Assembly (NCBI GenBank): GCA_973895155.1
Contig: OZ316897.1
Span: forward strand, 18,510,457 to 18,574,456
Direction: 5' to 3'
Length of the DNA stretch: 64,000 bases
Source: Marsupella aquatica
Lineage: Eukaryota; Plantae; Marchantiophyta
Below are positions 12,636 through 26,512 of the stretch, piece by piece; positions within the stretch are counted from its first letter, which is position 1, and each line of letters starts with the position of its first letter. Under the pieces are notes generated by a model. The model saw only the letters and a list, made by a program, of their open reading frames with translations, was not told where the DNA came from and searched no databases. The position numbers were made by a program, and so were the translations under genes.

Positions 12636-13159
12636 AGGTCATCTTAATTTCACACAATCATGCATCCTATGTTCGTCAGATGAATCGTTGGGCAGGGCCA
12701 ATATTGCCACTCACTGATTTGGTTTCTCCAATCAAATTAATGATTCTCGGGGAATCTCTGTCAGTATGCAGAAATTGAACAAGGTTCATAAATATTACCC
12801 CGTCCGAGTCAAGGACAGGATGTCTACTGTACGTGGTCGGGACTGTGGTAGCCTCGATATGTATCTGCTTTTCAAGGACCAATATGTTGATCTTATACCG
12901 ATGCAAACAGGGACGCAAAACGTCAGTTCCCCAGCTCGAGATCTAATTGAGTCCTACGTGTTGAGGCGCTCTTCGACCATAGTACCACCGCCGCTAAATA
13001 TGATGTTACGTAAGGAGCGCAACATTCAATCAGTGGGGTTGTGTTTGATTTTGATTCAGATGATAACTACTCACCGACTTATGAGTCTTATAATTAACGC
13101 TTGAGACTATCGGATCAACAGTTCTGGATTCTTCAGCTGCAGCCTTTAAGGGCTGGCGA

Positions 13160-13379
13160 AGGGAGTACGATCACTCCCTCTTACACCCCCATGGGCCCAA
13201 ATACACCATATTCTTAATGCATAGTATTTTTAATGTATAAATTTGGACTTTAGAGCCAATGAGAATGCACTTTACTGTCACAACTATACAGGGGCAGGGG
13301 ATACCCCTAGTGTTTAATAGAGTGGGCAGGGGATGCCCCTAGAGTTTAACAGGGAGTGTGAGGGGAAATCATACTCCCT
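13160..13379. mobile_element. MITE-like element with imperfect TIRs of about 28 bp
   Basis: Left AGGGAGTACGATCACTCCCTCTTACACCCCC; right GGGAGTGTGAGGGGAAATCATACTCCCT; AT-rich core. Confidence 0.55.
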
Positions 13380-13426
13380 AGGGTGTTTGTACATTCCTCA
13401 CTCCCTGGAAAAGCTGTGATCTTAGT

Positions 13427-13552
13427 GGCTCAAACATGTTGACACACATGTGTACTCCTCACTCCCAGCCCCATGGAACCTAGCCCTTATTAGCTCAAAC
13501 ATGCTGACTCACATGTGCACTCCTCACTCCCAGCCCCATGGAACCTAGCCCT
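13427..13552. repeat. Tandem duplication of about 63 bp
   Basis: GCTCAAACATG(T/C)TGAC(A/T)CACATGTG(T/C)ACTCCTCACTCCCAGCCCCATGGAACCTAGCCCT occurs twice. Confidence 0.75.
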
Positions 13553-15652
13553 GAGGCATTCCGTGGATGTCCATAGAGACTAAGAGGAACTAAAAACATC
13601 CTATGCTATTTCATGTTCATCTTTGCCCCCATCCCGTCCATCCTGTTTTTGGTCCACCTTCACCTTTAGTTTTGTCCTTATGAGAGTTCACCAGTTCCTT
13701 ACAAGTACATGGAGATGAAGGAAAAGAAAAAGTCCAACCAAAAAAAGAATTATATGTTACATCCCGTCTATTTTTGCCTCCATCCTTTTTATTCCACTTG
13801 CACTTAGTTTTGTCTTTATTGAGAATTATGGTAGAGAGGCTTCACTCTAGACCATAGCCCTGGAAAGTCCTTGGAAAGTAGCTTTGCATTGCACTTTATT
13901 AGTAAGATGTCCTGACACCTTCCAGTTGGGGGAGTATGATTGCATACCAAGAAATTCTGAAGATCTGCTTTTTCCAAAAACTCATGAGTGCAAACAGACA
14001 AATTCTTGAGGGCTGCCCAGATGAAAGCTGGCCCTTAAGGAAGACTCAGGAAAATTCACTCCAATCCCAAAAGAAAAATGAAAAAAGCTTTCCCGGTTCC
14101 CTTCAACACTGTGTAAGAAGCAGAGGGAAAAGCAGCAAGGAAAAAATTCATTATATAAATAAAGCTTCCCACTTCCCTTCAACATGGTTAAAAGGAGAGG
14201 GGAAAACAGCAAGGAAAAAAAACATTTTAAACAATAATCCCAACAGTGCGAGCTTGTGCACTCCTTAAATTGACATTTTATGAAGAAGATTGTAGTCCAG
14301 ATTTGGCAGGTGAATTATGAAACTTCTCCTCTACTCTTACCAAGTAATAGAAATACAAAATCTCTTAGGCCTTTAGAAACCTTGTTACATTGGCATTATG
14401 GACAATAGTAGCATGTCAAAACTCTATCTAAAGCCCTCTCTTATGAGGCATTATGGATTACAATGCTCTGTTACCAAAGAGTTATTATACACTTAATCCC
14501 CTTGGTGACTTTTCTTTTGTAATTTTCAAGGCATTCTTGGAGAAAAATGCACACTCACGTTTTGGATCCTCTCATTATGAATATTTCCTTTACTTTCACT
14601 AAACTAGTAAAAATAGGAATCTCTTAATAGTAGCTTAAGTGTATTAAGGTACTCTTACCAGAGCATTGTGAGCAATAATAGCCCCTCATAACTCAGATTG
14701 AAGCTCCTGGTTTGGGGGGTATTTTATCAAAATGACCTCTTTTGACCTCCAAACAGGACTGTACTGTTATATACAAAAACTGCAAGAGAAGTCCAAAATG
14801 GTCAGTAAGAAAAAGTGGAGAACCGGACTCCTTGCAATTTGCCAAGGTTTGCGAGAACTACCCTAGGAGAACTCCCCCACAAGTGCCCTCTCCAATGCTG
14901 GACAGGACAACTAGTGTACAGATGGCTGTAAATTAGCCCCTTCACAGGCTCTAACCTACAGCACCCCATGCAATTTCCCAATTAACCACACCTGCAAAAT
15001 CAGTGTAAGGCCATCATGCAAGCCACCTCGGTGACCTCAAATTCCCAAGTAGCTTGACAAAACACGAAGCAAATAATATGTCTCTGAAGACAAGGCTGGG
15101 ATTTTGAATCTGAGTTCCTGGGATTACAAATAGCAAGAACTGGCAGACCACAACAAAATTGACAGACCCCGTGTAATTTCTGATTGAGCGAAGCTTGATA
15201 AAGGGATTACATATGCCGTCGCAGCTAGACTAAGCCTGCAGGCCCATGTCGATTGAGACCAAGCCAGTTTGAAATCTGAAGCTGAAAATTGCGGTTGAGT
15301 ACTTAGTTCGATGATGATGCAGATAGCAGTCATAAGGAAGACAGAGAACCCGTTCAAGACGCACCATCGAATGCAGGGTTGAGCTTGTGATGTGATTAAA
15401 CACCTTCATGCAATGGCAAGGGATGGTAATTCTACAAGAATGTTAACCGTACATTCTCAGAGTTGTATATCAGCAGGCAACAACAAACAATTTCTCTCTA
15501 AGAAGTAGCCTTCCGTCATTTTAGAATCACACCAAAACTACATATAACCCAATTAGTCACTCCAATGTTGGTGAGGCGAGTTAATTACTTTGATTTTGAT
15601 TTCTTCTCAACAGCTTCAAAGGTAGGGATTGCATTGTAACAACGGATTCACC

Positions 15653-15794
15653 GCAGTACCGAAGTCAGATTCTCTACTTTTTGAACAATGTACTTAAAGA
15701 AACTGGGTAAGCAGAGTATCAAGCAGTACCGAAGTCAGATTCTCTACTTTTTGAACAATGTACTTAAAGAAACTGGCTAAGCAGAGTATCAAGC
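15653..15794. repeat. Tandem duplication, 2 x 70 bp
   Basis: GCAGTACCGAAGTCAGATTCTCTACTTTTTGAACAATGTACTTAAAGAAACTGG(G/C)TAAGCAGAGTATCAA occurs twice. Confidence 0.9.
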
Positions 15795-16475
15795 GACATG
15801 AGTAGACAAGGGTTTTTCCCTTAGAATTTTTATTTTTTTCCTTGGAGTAGACAAGCGTTTCTTTAATAGAGAAAAACTAACAAGCAGTGATCTGACAGAA
15901 CCATTCAGAGAAGCAGAAGATCTAATGCTAACAAACCACTGAAGTACGATAATTCAGCAACTTCGAATGCAACAAAGCCCGACATGTCTTTTTGGATATC
16001 TGTCTTTATACTTCGGACTATTCTAAACCGACCCTTTAAAAAACAAATGTGGATTTTGCTCTATTTCTAAGAACTGGACACAGGTGCATCTTGTTTTTTC
16101 TTTTTTTAATCTAGGCCAGAAAGACAAAATGCATCACGCCTAGATTCATTGAATGACGGTCTTCGATTGAAGGTCCACCTCAAATGGTCTTCCAGACTCG
16201 ACCCAGTGCTAGCTCCATCTCCTACGTAAGCTTTTCGAACTCCAGACATGCCGTGTATACCAACTTTATCCAGAAACAATTTGCAAACTTCCATCCAATT
16301 TAGAGTGCATGAGTGAACAAGTTGGATCGGAACCGAGGATTATCAAAGTGAGTCCAGGCTCAAGTGTAATTTAATCCAACACGAGTTCATGATGTCATTG
16401 ACATGTCCCTTAGCTTATTTCTGTACGTTCCTAGCTAGAATACACCTTCTGACAGCCCAGATGGAGCACAAGCTT

Positions 16476-18021
16476 TCAAGTTCTCTGCCTTGCCTGCTCT
16501 ATCAAAGGTCTCAGTTGTTTCTTCTCTGCTAGAATCTTAAGAAAATTAAACAAAAACGGAACGTAGTTATGCTTTCGCCGGATGTTTTCAATCTTCCACC
16601 TCTTGGACTTCTCATCTTCATATTCCATTTTCTCAATCACATCAGCAATTTTGGACTCTACCTCCACAAGCAAACTTCTTAGTCTTTCTAATTCATAACC
16701 CTGCTCGTCTTCAGACATCGCATCAATGCCATCCTCGTCCTTCGCTTGTTCTGCTTCCAATTGATCCCAAAGATCTGCTCTCTTTCTCTCCAATTCTGTA
16801 AGTTCTGCATTGTGGACGTCCTTCCTGTTCTTGATAACAGCCATCAAGTTGAATCTAATCTCACTTCTTGAGTATCGTTCTATCCTGTCTTGTATTACAG
16901 GCTGCACCAACTTGAGCCATTCTGTGCTGCTAGACCCACAAGGGCCCAGACTGATAGGCCCATCCTTCAAGCCATCCAGCTCATACAGCACCCCGTCCAT
17001 TGGCAAATAGCTGATAAAATGGTACACTTCATCATCTTTATCAGCTACTTTCTGCTCGTCTGAAACAAAGGGTTCTGGTCTTGCGAAGCTGTTATGAGCA
17101 GTACGAATGGTGTCACTGTTATTGATAGCCAGGCCCTTGAGATCGGAGGGAAAACCTCCGGTAAACTCTTTGAGCATTGACAACTCGGGCCCAATGTCAA
17201 TCTCCGGTCGATTCAATAATATAGATAGAATGGCCTGAGTTGCACACGCATTGTTGATCACCTGGTTTGCAAAGAACAAATTGCTATCATAGTTCTTGAG
17301 AGTCGGCCTTGAATCTTTCTCTCCGTGTTGCCACTTGAAAAGAAATATGAGGCCATACACAGGTCGTAGCTGTTCCAAAGAGTCCAAATCCAGGCAATAG
17401 AGCTCTTCAACCTGGACACCCTTCACCTGCATTTGTTGAATCAGCTCTGTGAAGACACCTGTAAAAAGCATACAAAGGAGTTTGGTTAAAACTTGATGTC
17501 TTGTACACAGCATTAAATCTTTCACCGGGGTACAACGTCAAATATGTCGTTGGAGGGAAAGCAATTGGAAGATGTAAAATCCAGAGGTTGTCTCTTTCTT
17601 GATTCTCCTACTCGCTCTTTTCGTGGAGACGAAGAAGGGAACCCTTGTCAACAGGGGACCCTTGAAAGAGGAGAGAAATTACTGAAGAGGCTCGAGCAAC
17701 AAAGACAAAGACACAGTCAGCATCAGCATACAAAACTTCATAAAGACAACTAGCACAAGAATCCATCAGATCTAAAGAAAACATAACATGCAAAAATGTC
17801 CCCCGCACCCTAAATCGTTCTCCAACACTTCACAACACGGTATTTCCTTCACAAAATGATTGCACTTCCGCAAAACCAGGCCCTCTGGCAAATCCGGGGC
17901 ACGTAATTTCGGCCGGGGGCTGTTTGGCATTACAGAGAAAGCGAGGAAAGGAGAAACGACGCATGAGAGCTGGAAGTAATTGATACGCACCAGGGTCGGA
18001 CTCGATCGTGCACCACGACAT
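16476..18021 (-). CDS. UCH2: Ubiquitin carboxyl-terminal hydrolase, UCH37/UCHL5 (plant UCH1/2) type
   Basis: Exon 1 18021-17991 ([11 protein letters not shown]|GT) and exon 2 17458-16476. Catalytic motifs [18 protein letters not shown] and ELDGL, plus the C-terminal ULD motif [12 protein letters not shown]. Confidence 0.95.
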
Positions 18022-18285
18022 CGTGCTTGAGCGGCTGATGAGAAAACTCTGCTTCACGGACAGCTCTCGACTTTCGCAATCCCGCACTCGCTTGCTTGAA
18101 TTGCTCTGCTGCGTCTACTCAGATCGAAATCCTTCTAGCGCCGTCACTGCCAAATGGCGCATCGGTGACATTGACGAGGATATGACGCCCTTAGGAAGGA
18201 AGCAGACAAAACGTTTTGATCCTTGCTTTTGAAAAGTCAGTGAAAACCGTGTTGTTTTCTTTTATTTTGGTTTTTTTTTTTTCGG

Positions 18286-18955
18286 CCTTAAAGCCCAAAG
18301 TAGACCCATCCCATCCAAAGGGAGGATTGACATTTTTTGTTGCCTTAAACCAAAAGTAGACCCATCCAAATGGAAGTAGACCCATCCAAATGGAAGTAGA
18401 CCCATCCAAATGGAGGATAGACCTTCTACCTTGGAGTATGCTCACTGTAGGGTGGCCCACACTGGTGGACTATACCCAGGGACCTAGAGCAGGAGGGAGA
18501 GAAGATTGAACAAGAGCTCCAAAGAGGGCCAGCCAGGGCCTGAGTAGGAACCAGTACTTCAGCCATTTAAGCCCAAAGTAGACCCATCCCATCCAAAGGG
18601 AGGATAGACATTTTTGTTGCCTTAAAGCCACTGTCCATGTCAAAACCTGGATCCACCAAGTTTCACCATATTTAGTTACTTTTTCCTGAAATTGTGGAGC
18701 AAAGTTTCAGTCTAGAGGAGAGAAATATGAAAAAGTGAGAATTTGTGGAAACTTCTCATTTTATATGGACACTGGTGGTTTAAACCAAAAGTAGACCTAT
18801 CCAAATGGAGCATAGACCTTCTACCTTGGAGTATGCATCACTATAGGGTAGCCCACATGGGTGGACTATACCCAGGGACCTAGACCAGGAGGGAGAGAAG
18901 GCTGAACAAGGGCTCCAAAGGGGGCCAGCCAGGGCCTGAGTAGAAACCAGTACTC
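18286..18955. repeat. Two copies of a unit of about 280 bp; the second is interrupted by a MITE
   Basis: AAAGTAGACCCATCC...GACCTTCTACCTTGGAGTATG...GGACTATACCCAGGGACCTAGA...GGGCCTGAGTAG is duplicated, with internal 20-bp GTAGACCCATCCAAATGGAA repeats. Confidence 0.8.
18626..18779. mobile_element. TTAA-inserting MITE
   Basis: TTAA-AGCCACTGTCCAT...ATGGACACTGGTGGT-TTAA. The paralogous empty site TGCCTTAAACCAAAAG is at 18341. Confidence 0.8.
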
Positions 18956-19007
18956 CCATCACTACACCCCACACATACATACACATACCCTCCACACCCC
19001 TTGCATG

Positions 19008-19078
19008 TGGAGAGGGGATTAAACCTGGGACCTCTCGGTTCTAGGCTAGTCCTCATGCCCACCTGAACGAAGGAGAGT
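19008..19078 (-). mobile_element. tRNA-derived SINE-like head
   Basis: Minus strand shows an A-box-like CGTTCAGGTGG and a B-box-like GGTTTAATCCC at tRNA-like spacing, but no convincing cloverleaf. Confidence 0.4.
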
Positions 19079-19109
19079 GCTTTGTAAAAAGTTATTACAT
19101 CCATTTTGG

Positions 19110-19430
19110 TGCCAAAAACTTTCCATGCAAGGGTTTTTTTTTGGCCAGTGTTTTCATTGGATCCGTTTTTTCTAAAAATAACAAAAAGGTTGAAAAAGGT
19201 GTTTACATCGATTTGCAACCACAAAACTTTCCATGCAAAGCCTTTCTTTGGTGCTGGTTTTTTTCAATTGGATCCAAGTTTTTCAAAAGTAAGCAAATTG
19301 TGGAAATAAGTTTTTAAATAGATTTTGCTACCACAAAACTTTTCATGCAAAGCCTTTATTTGGTGCTGGTTTTTTTCACTTGGGATTTGACTTTTCCTGC
19401 TGGGTTTTTTCATTTGGATCACTTTTTCTA
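19110..19430. repeat. Three degenerate tandem units of about 110 bp
   Basis: CAAAACTTT(C/T)CATGCAA(A/G)G...GGTGCTGGTTTTTT..TTGGATC occurs three times. Confidence 0.7.
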
Positions 19431-21479
19431 AAAATGAGCATGACAATTCATGCATGGCTTCACCACCACTTCCGCTGGTCAAAACTACTAATCCCCAGTT
19501 TCAATATAATTTCTGGTAATTTGTTCTATATTTTGGTCATTCTGCGAAAACTCCGCAGATGAGGGCAATCACACAGCACACAAAACCTGACAAGCAGAAA
19601 GAGCAACTTAAACCAAGAAGGCCAGAATTAATCCGTGGACCCCCATGTTATTTTAGAGGCACTTATCTAAAAACTGAAGCCTAGATGGACTTCCAAATGG
19701 AAAGAAAAAAATTCAAAAATGAACAAACAAATGTTTGACACTTGAAACAGTTACCAAACTTACCAAGGCAACCATAATTAACATCAATCACAAAATCGGC
19801 TACAATGTAAACTACTGTTTAATGTGTGGGTAGTTTAATTGCCCACTTCAACAAAACGGTGCTTGATGGTTTCCTCCACGGTACCAAAGGGATGTTGGAT
19901 GCACTCAAGTTGCATTGAAAGTAATCACTTTTCAATTCCTACATGCAGATAGACAAAGAGAGAGAAGTAATCGGTGTCATCAAATCACTAATTTTGCATA
20001 ATTATTTAAGACAAAATGTTTCATGGAGAGCTAGAGAAAGCTAGAGAACAATGGAAATTTGTAATCTCCTCATAACTCAGACAACTAAATCTAACAATAT
20101 TAAGTTCATTAAAAAACTAAAGAAATTCTAAAATTCATAATCTCCTTAGTACTTAATAAAATCTGTCAATTTTAGGATCATTCTCATGGAAGGGGTCAAC
20201 ATTTCAGGGGTTGTACAACAAAGATTTTTGTTCACGTTAGAGATTATGAAATCATTGGTAAAATCTATTTTTCAAATTACTTACTCAATTCTTATCGAAC
20301 GGTGACAATGTTGAGCTCATCAGGACCGTCTTTTCAAGATCTTTCCAACGCCATATTATACGTGAGTTTTCATTATGATTTGACTCAACAATATCAAATC
20401 AAAAATTGCTGCCGGGGAAATTTTATGTTTTGAATAAAATCAAAATGCAAATAAGACCGTTATTGGGAGCAGTTTTATCTCAATCTTTTGTCTTTTTATT
20501 TGCATGTTAGTTTTTTTACATTCTTTTTTACGGCATGACGTCCCAATTTTCACAGCAAAGTTGCTACAAACACAAATGCAGAAGTTAATTTTATCCAAAA
20601 ACAAGTCTGTTCCTGTTTGTAGCGTGCCATGATGATGTGGCGCGCTGTGGAGCCAGGAATTTTGGAAAGGACCTCTAATGGGGGTCCGTAACAAGAGCCC
20701 AACAAAAGGGGTTTGAGTATAGTTAGATCACTTTCCTGAAATTGTGGAGTGGCAATCCTTGAGGTGGAAATGTGAAAAAAGAGTGCAGGTTTGGACTCTT
20801 TCAAGGATACTTCCTTTTTTATGGTGGTACTGGTGGTCCAAGCTAGGCATGCCAGGAGTCAGTCATTCAGAGTTGGAAGCCACAAGTTGCTCCACCCTCC
20901 AATTAGTGTGTTCACAATTGGGACCTTGACTCATGCATGGCCGGTCATGGTGTCCTGAACTCATTTTCTGGTGGTGTTTACTACCGAGCATAATTAATTA
21001 GTAGGAAAATAGTTCTGTAAATTTTCCTTACAAGACAATGTTTACTGTCATTACCAAAATAGTTCTGCACACTCAAGCTGATGCTCAAATGGACAACAAT
21101 GTTTGACTAGGGTAATTAGATGAACCAGACACTTTATGACATTCAAAAGCCCTGAGCATTTGACCCAAAAAAAAAACATGTTACTTGTCCTGAGTACTTG
21201 ACTAAAAATTATTGTTTCAAAGAGGTCCATGAAAGTTACAATGATCCATTGGAGCAATTTGTCAAAGGTGATGGTCTAAGAAAGTTCACTTTCTTTGAGT
21301 AGTAGAGCTCACAACTACATAGGCCAATTGAAGGAGAAGTCCATTGAATAGACTCCATCCTTATGCATCTCCACTACCAGAGAGGTGGAGGAAAAAGCCT
21401 GGTAAAACTCCAGAGTAACAGCCCTCATAACTCCACCTCAAGCTCTCATTTCCTGGGGCAGTATATCCCAAAATGCCCT

Positions 21480-22255
21480 GTACGACATTCCTACATACAA
21501 ACCCAGAGAAAAAACCAATGCACCAGATAACTCAGAAACCTACAAAGACATTCCTATATGCAAAAGACCCAAAGAACAATAAGTGCACCAAATACCTCAG
21601 AAACCTACAAAGACAATCCTATGGACGAAAGTCCCCAAGAACAAATAAATGCACCAGATGCCTCAGAAACCTACAAAGACAATCCTATGGACAAAAGTCC
21701 CAAAGAACAAATAAATGCACCAGATACCTCAGAAACATGCAAAGACAATCCTATATACAAAGGACCCAAAGTAAAAATAAATGCACTGGATACTTTGTGG
21801 TAGTTCACTTGAGTAGAGACTGATTAGGTCTTGGGTTCAGCTATTGTGGCCGAGTCTTTCCTTTTGTGGGGTTTCACAGATTTCCCCTTAAAATTAAAAA
21901 AAATAAAATAAAATGCATCAGATACCTCATAAACATACAAAGACATTCCTATATACAAATGATCCAACGAGGAAAAGACCCAAAGTAAATATGAATGCAC
22001 CAGATACCTCCCAAACATACAAAGTCATTGCTAAATACAAAAGATCCAAAGAAGAAAAGACCCAAAGAAACTAGGAATGCACCAGACACCTCATAAACAT
22101 ACAAAGACATTCCTACATACAAACGATCCAAAGAAGAAAAGACCCAAAGAAAATATGAATGCTCCATATACCTCAGAAACATACAAAGACATTCCTACAT
22201 AATAAAAACCCAAAAGAAAAAATAATTGCACCTGCTACCTCAGAAACCTACAAGA
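21480..22255. repeat. Minisatellite array of 55-80 bp A-rich units
   Basis: About 9-10 degenerate copies of AATGCACCAGATACCTCAGAAACCTACAAAGACA(T/A)TCCTA...AAGACCCAAAGAA. Confidence 0.85.
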
Positions 22256-22534
22256 AAGGGAAACACCTAAGAAGTAAAAAACAGAGGAGCATTGAGATTT
22301 GAGATTGAGAAAAGAAATGCAACACAAGATAATAGTTCAGAAACACAAGGTTGTAAAACTGTTCTCATCAGCTGAAGTGCAGAACAACGACACCGAATTC
22401 GCAGTGGTAACGAACTTCGGGCGCAAAGCAGAGGTGGGTCCATCATTCTCCGGACATCCATGCCTTGATTTGGAGGCAAGAATCGAGAGGAGAAGGAAGC
22501 CAAGACGGTGTGTCAGGGCCGGTGCAAAGCAGTC

Positions 22535-25500
22535 ATGGCTATGGCGGGTGGCATTCTGAAATCTCGGTCGTTGGACCACTCCATCGTAGTCAGCATACCT
22601 TCTCCTTCTTCCTCTTTTTCTTCTTCTTTTTCTTCTTCGGCTGCTGCTTCTTCGTCGTGCTGCACAAATTCTCTCAATGTGCCCAGTTCTCGCTTCGGCT
22701 CTCTTTCCGCGGTGCGCGGCAGCTGCCTCTCGGAGAGCTATGGGGATCGCGCGGTGTCGCTGTCTGTCGGAGGTTCAACACTGCAGAGACGTCTCGCGCA
22801 GCATCAGAACAGCTGCGGAGATTGCTACCGTACCTCAACTGCGAGCTTGAGATTACGAAGGCCTGGACGACGGAGAGGCTGTGTCAGTTGCTCGACCGGC
22901 GAGCAGCAGCCGGCAACGGTGTCTGTTTCGAATGGTTGGTGTGCCTTTTCCCCTCCCAGATTGTGCGCAAATTGTGTACAGATTTTACTTTCCAGCTCGA
23001 TGAAATTTCCAGCCTGGCCGATTGAAATGAACTTTGTCTGGCGAGAGGACTTGATTTTGAGGGTGTAAGGTTTAAGTATCAGGAATTCATCTGCAATTAT
23101 GGAAAAGGAAATGAAAATTTGAAGTCAGGGGTGAGTTTTCTGTGAATCCGTTTTCATATTTTTGTATTTTATGAATGTTAATGAGCTGCCCCATGATTAA
23201 GTTCCCGGAGGAATGAAATTGAATTTTGAACGAATCAATCAATTAGATTTGTATTCCACGTGTTGTTGTAGTAATAGTAGTAATCGTAGTAGTAGTAGTA
23301 GTTCTCATTGTTGAATTTGTTGCTCTGGTTGTGAGGTAACAGGAGCAGAGGTTGCCGAGCTACCCTGCCTACCCTTTACGCCTGCCGAGGTAATTCAAAA
23401 ACACAATAATTCGAATACCTTAGCCGTGTTTTCCAATGAACATTGCTGAAGCACCTCAAGATTGTAATTGTGAACAGTCCTATATTTAATTTCAAGAGGT
23501 GTCATTGATTTGACTGGCGGAGAGTTTGGCTACGTATTCTCCAATACTGTTTTAGCAAACTTCGTCTTCTTTTATGTGGAACGTCACTTTGTTACAAAAC
23601 CTATGAAATAAGTCAGCAGACTCTACCATCTTCTATGGTTGCTTTGCTGAACGTGTTGTTGAAGGAGAGACGTTCTGATAGGCGTTGTTCCGATAACTGC
23701 AGGTTTTTGTGCCTTCGTCCACCAAAGTGTTACATCTCTACGAAGCTAGATTTTTGGCTCTACTTGAGGAGGTTGGGAGCCTGAATTTTATCTTGATTGT
23801 GCTTTGGCCGCTGGTGTCTGCATTTGCTAAACTTTGATGCCCGTCCATTACATCGTTTCCTTCAGATTACTTTGATTTAGTTTCCCGGCTTGCATTTACA
23901 TGTCCTGAACAAACACTGCACTTTCTAAATTTGAGTCCGGAACAAACCTTCGGCCTTCGAATCCTTGAACCACTCGGCCAGAACCTTAGCTCTTGTCGGT
24001 ACTTTTGTCACTCTCATGTAGAACACAAATGAGTATAGCACCACTGTGTTGTTCTTGGTATTCCCGATGATTCAACAATCCTGTGACAAAGTTATTCTCT
24101 GCCTGCAGGTTATGGGCAAATATGACAATTTATTCGCCCATATTGTCATAGAACCAATGGGTCCCCGAGGATCAGATGAGGAAAGCAAAGGAGTGGCATC
24201 TTTCTTAGCAACTTATGGATGTTTGGCTCGTGTAGAAAAGGTTGGGAATTGATTCGTATATTGGTGCACATGATGCTTACCTTAATCTCATCTCTGCATC
24301 ATTTGCCTCATAGCTGCACTTCTCGGAGTTTGCTTCGCTTGTTGGCACAAGTAGCACCACTTTCCTGAGCCGGCCGTGAGCTTAAGTTTTTGACGAGAAC
24401 ATGTGCTTTCGGCTTTCGTACTGAACCGTCAAAATCTTATGGTATATGTGCACTATGTCGAAATGTACTTCTGCATTTCTGGGCCAACTTTTCACACACA
24501 AATTTGAGATGAATTAGATATGTGAATGTGAAGACCAACTGATCGCGAGTATGTGCAGGTCAAGCGTTTGGAAATAGGAGCTGAAGTGACAATTAGAGGC
24601 ATTGGGCGTATCAAACTCCTTGGCTTAACGCAGGCAGGTTTAATGTTGCACTTTCTCGATGCACTAACTGTTACCAAATTACAAGTACTGACTACTGGAG
24701 AGGCTGTAAATTATGGAAATTTTATCCTGAGATTGGTATCTGTGGACCTGCTATGATGCAGCTGGAGCCTTTTCTGAAGGGCACAGTGATTTCCTTGAAG
24801 GATGATGCTCCAAAAGATGCTCAAGAACTGGGAACTGCAGTACAAGAGCTACGAACTTCACTTTCTACTATACAGCAACTTCAGATTAAACTGAAGGTCT
24901 CCAACTCTCCTGTGCTAGACTCCATGCTCTTTGCAGAGGAAGTGGTAATGCTTCTTTTCCAGAAGAGTTTCCCGCTATCTTTGGTTGTAGGCTCCTAAAT
25001 CAGCCTGTCCAGGGAACTATTCTTACAGTTTCTCTAACGGTGACCAGGTATCGAATGAGGAGTTACTGCAAACACCTTTGGAGAGAGCATTGCAATGGGC
25101 GGAGAAGGGAGACTCTGATGAGATAGCTGGATCATATCTGCCAAGTCGGGAAGAGAGGGTCTCATTTGCAGCTCTCCAACCTGTTGCAGGTTTGTACTAA
25201 TCCCGTCTGTTCTGCCTGGTTTGCTGTCATGATTTTGTCGGCCTTCGATCAAGACGACCACCAAAGACAGAAGATTAAGCTGGGTCATTTCTGGTTTATA
25301 GCTTGGACCCTAGAATTCAGTCTGCTTCATCACATACCCACTTAGCTGGTATCATATAAAGCCCGTTTTATGATTTTTACTAACCAGTGATTTGTTTTGG
25401 TTTTTGAAGGTGCAAGCGCCGCTGAGCAGCACAAACTTCTGCAGGAACGTCTTTTCGCGATGGAGGCTATGAACACTTTACAACGGTTGAATCGAGTAAA

Positions 25501-25567
25501 GCCCTTTGTACAGCAGACTGTCGCCTCTTTAGCAGCGAAGGTTTCCTTACAATCCTTGAACTTGTAA
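22535..25567 (+). CDS. LON peptidase N-terminal (substrate-binding) domain protein, probably plastid-targeted
   Basis: Exon 1 is Ser-rich and transit-peptide-like; its donor is uncertain. Later exons: ~23343-23388 (AELPCLPFTPAE), 23703-23771 (VFVPSSTKVLHLYEARFLALLEE), 24109-24240 (YGCLARVEK), 24559-24633 (IRGIGRIK), 24762-24896, 25048-25189 (ERVSFAALQPV), 25410-25567 (AAKVSLQSLNL*). Confidence 0.9.
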
Positions 25568-26512
25568 GTACGAACGCCGATGCAAGGACTTTGCAAAGCG
25601 TGAAACCTGTAGCCATGCCAGAGCTAACAGATATGGAGAAGATTTAAATGCCAGTATCCACATCCCGATATTATTTTATCCTGTGAATGAATAAAAGCTT
25701 ACGAAAACAACATTTGGGACTTCCACGTCCCTCTACCAAAGACCTCACACTCGATCCCACTGCGTATTGTAGCAGTGAAATGATATTCAGCAGATGTCCT
25801 TCTGGTTTTCAATTCCAAATCGTTTCCTAAAGATGGAGCTCTGGAACGTCAAGGTATTAGATAACATTCACAACGAGCAAAACAACTCTGCTTCGCAATT
25901 GAACGTTGCCACCAACCTGCCTACTTCGTCTCTGACTAATCTGAAAAACAAGAGATCGAAACAACACCCAAGCCTCTGAGGAACTTCCTCTTTTATCAAA
26001 CCGTAAGCACAATTAAAATCGTTATCTGCAGACAAGCCCTCCGTGGGATCGACCTTGAGACAGCAATTGTTTTTGGTCAAATTGAGTCAAGACGTATTGC
26101 TCACTATTAAGAAGTTCTCAAAAGCAGTCCAATTGGACAGACGGCACTAGAAAAGTTGGAGGCAATATTACAGCGCAGCATTCTCGTCTGAGGACCAGCG
26201 ACGCCGTTGCAAAGATGGTTTAACCCTCATCTGAGTCGAGAGTAAAAGCTTTAGATCCTGTCATTCCCTGGATGGAGACTCTTGACAGGCAGTTCCTTAA
26301 AGAATAAACCGTGATGGACTGCCAATTGGGAATGTCCTCGCTCACATGACTCAAGGGTTCAAAGCTGTGCAGCTGCGATCCAGAAGGAACAATGGTCAAA
26401 GTGGAGGGGCCGTAGAACCGAATGTGGGCGTTGAGTGCACTCCCTGGGTGAGGCAGGGATGCCACGCATCTACGCAAGAGTTGTACGTGAGTTGTTCTCG
26501 CAGCCATGGATC

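Noticed and set aside
19008-19078. Functional tRNA gene
   Set aside because: The A and B boxes are degenerate, and no acceptor stem or cloverleaf could be built. Kept only as SINE-like.
21480-22255. Regularly spaced repeats resembling a CRISPR array
   Set aside because: The 'spacers' are themselves homologous, the units are degenerate, there are no cas genes and the context is eukaryotic. It is a minisatellite.
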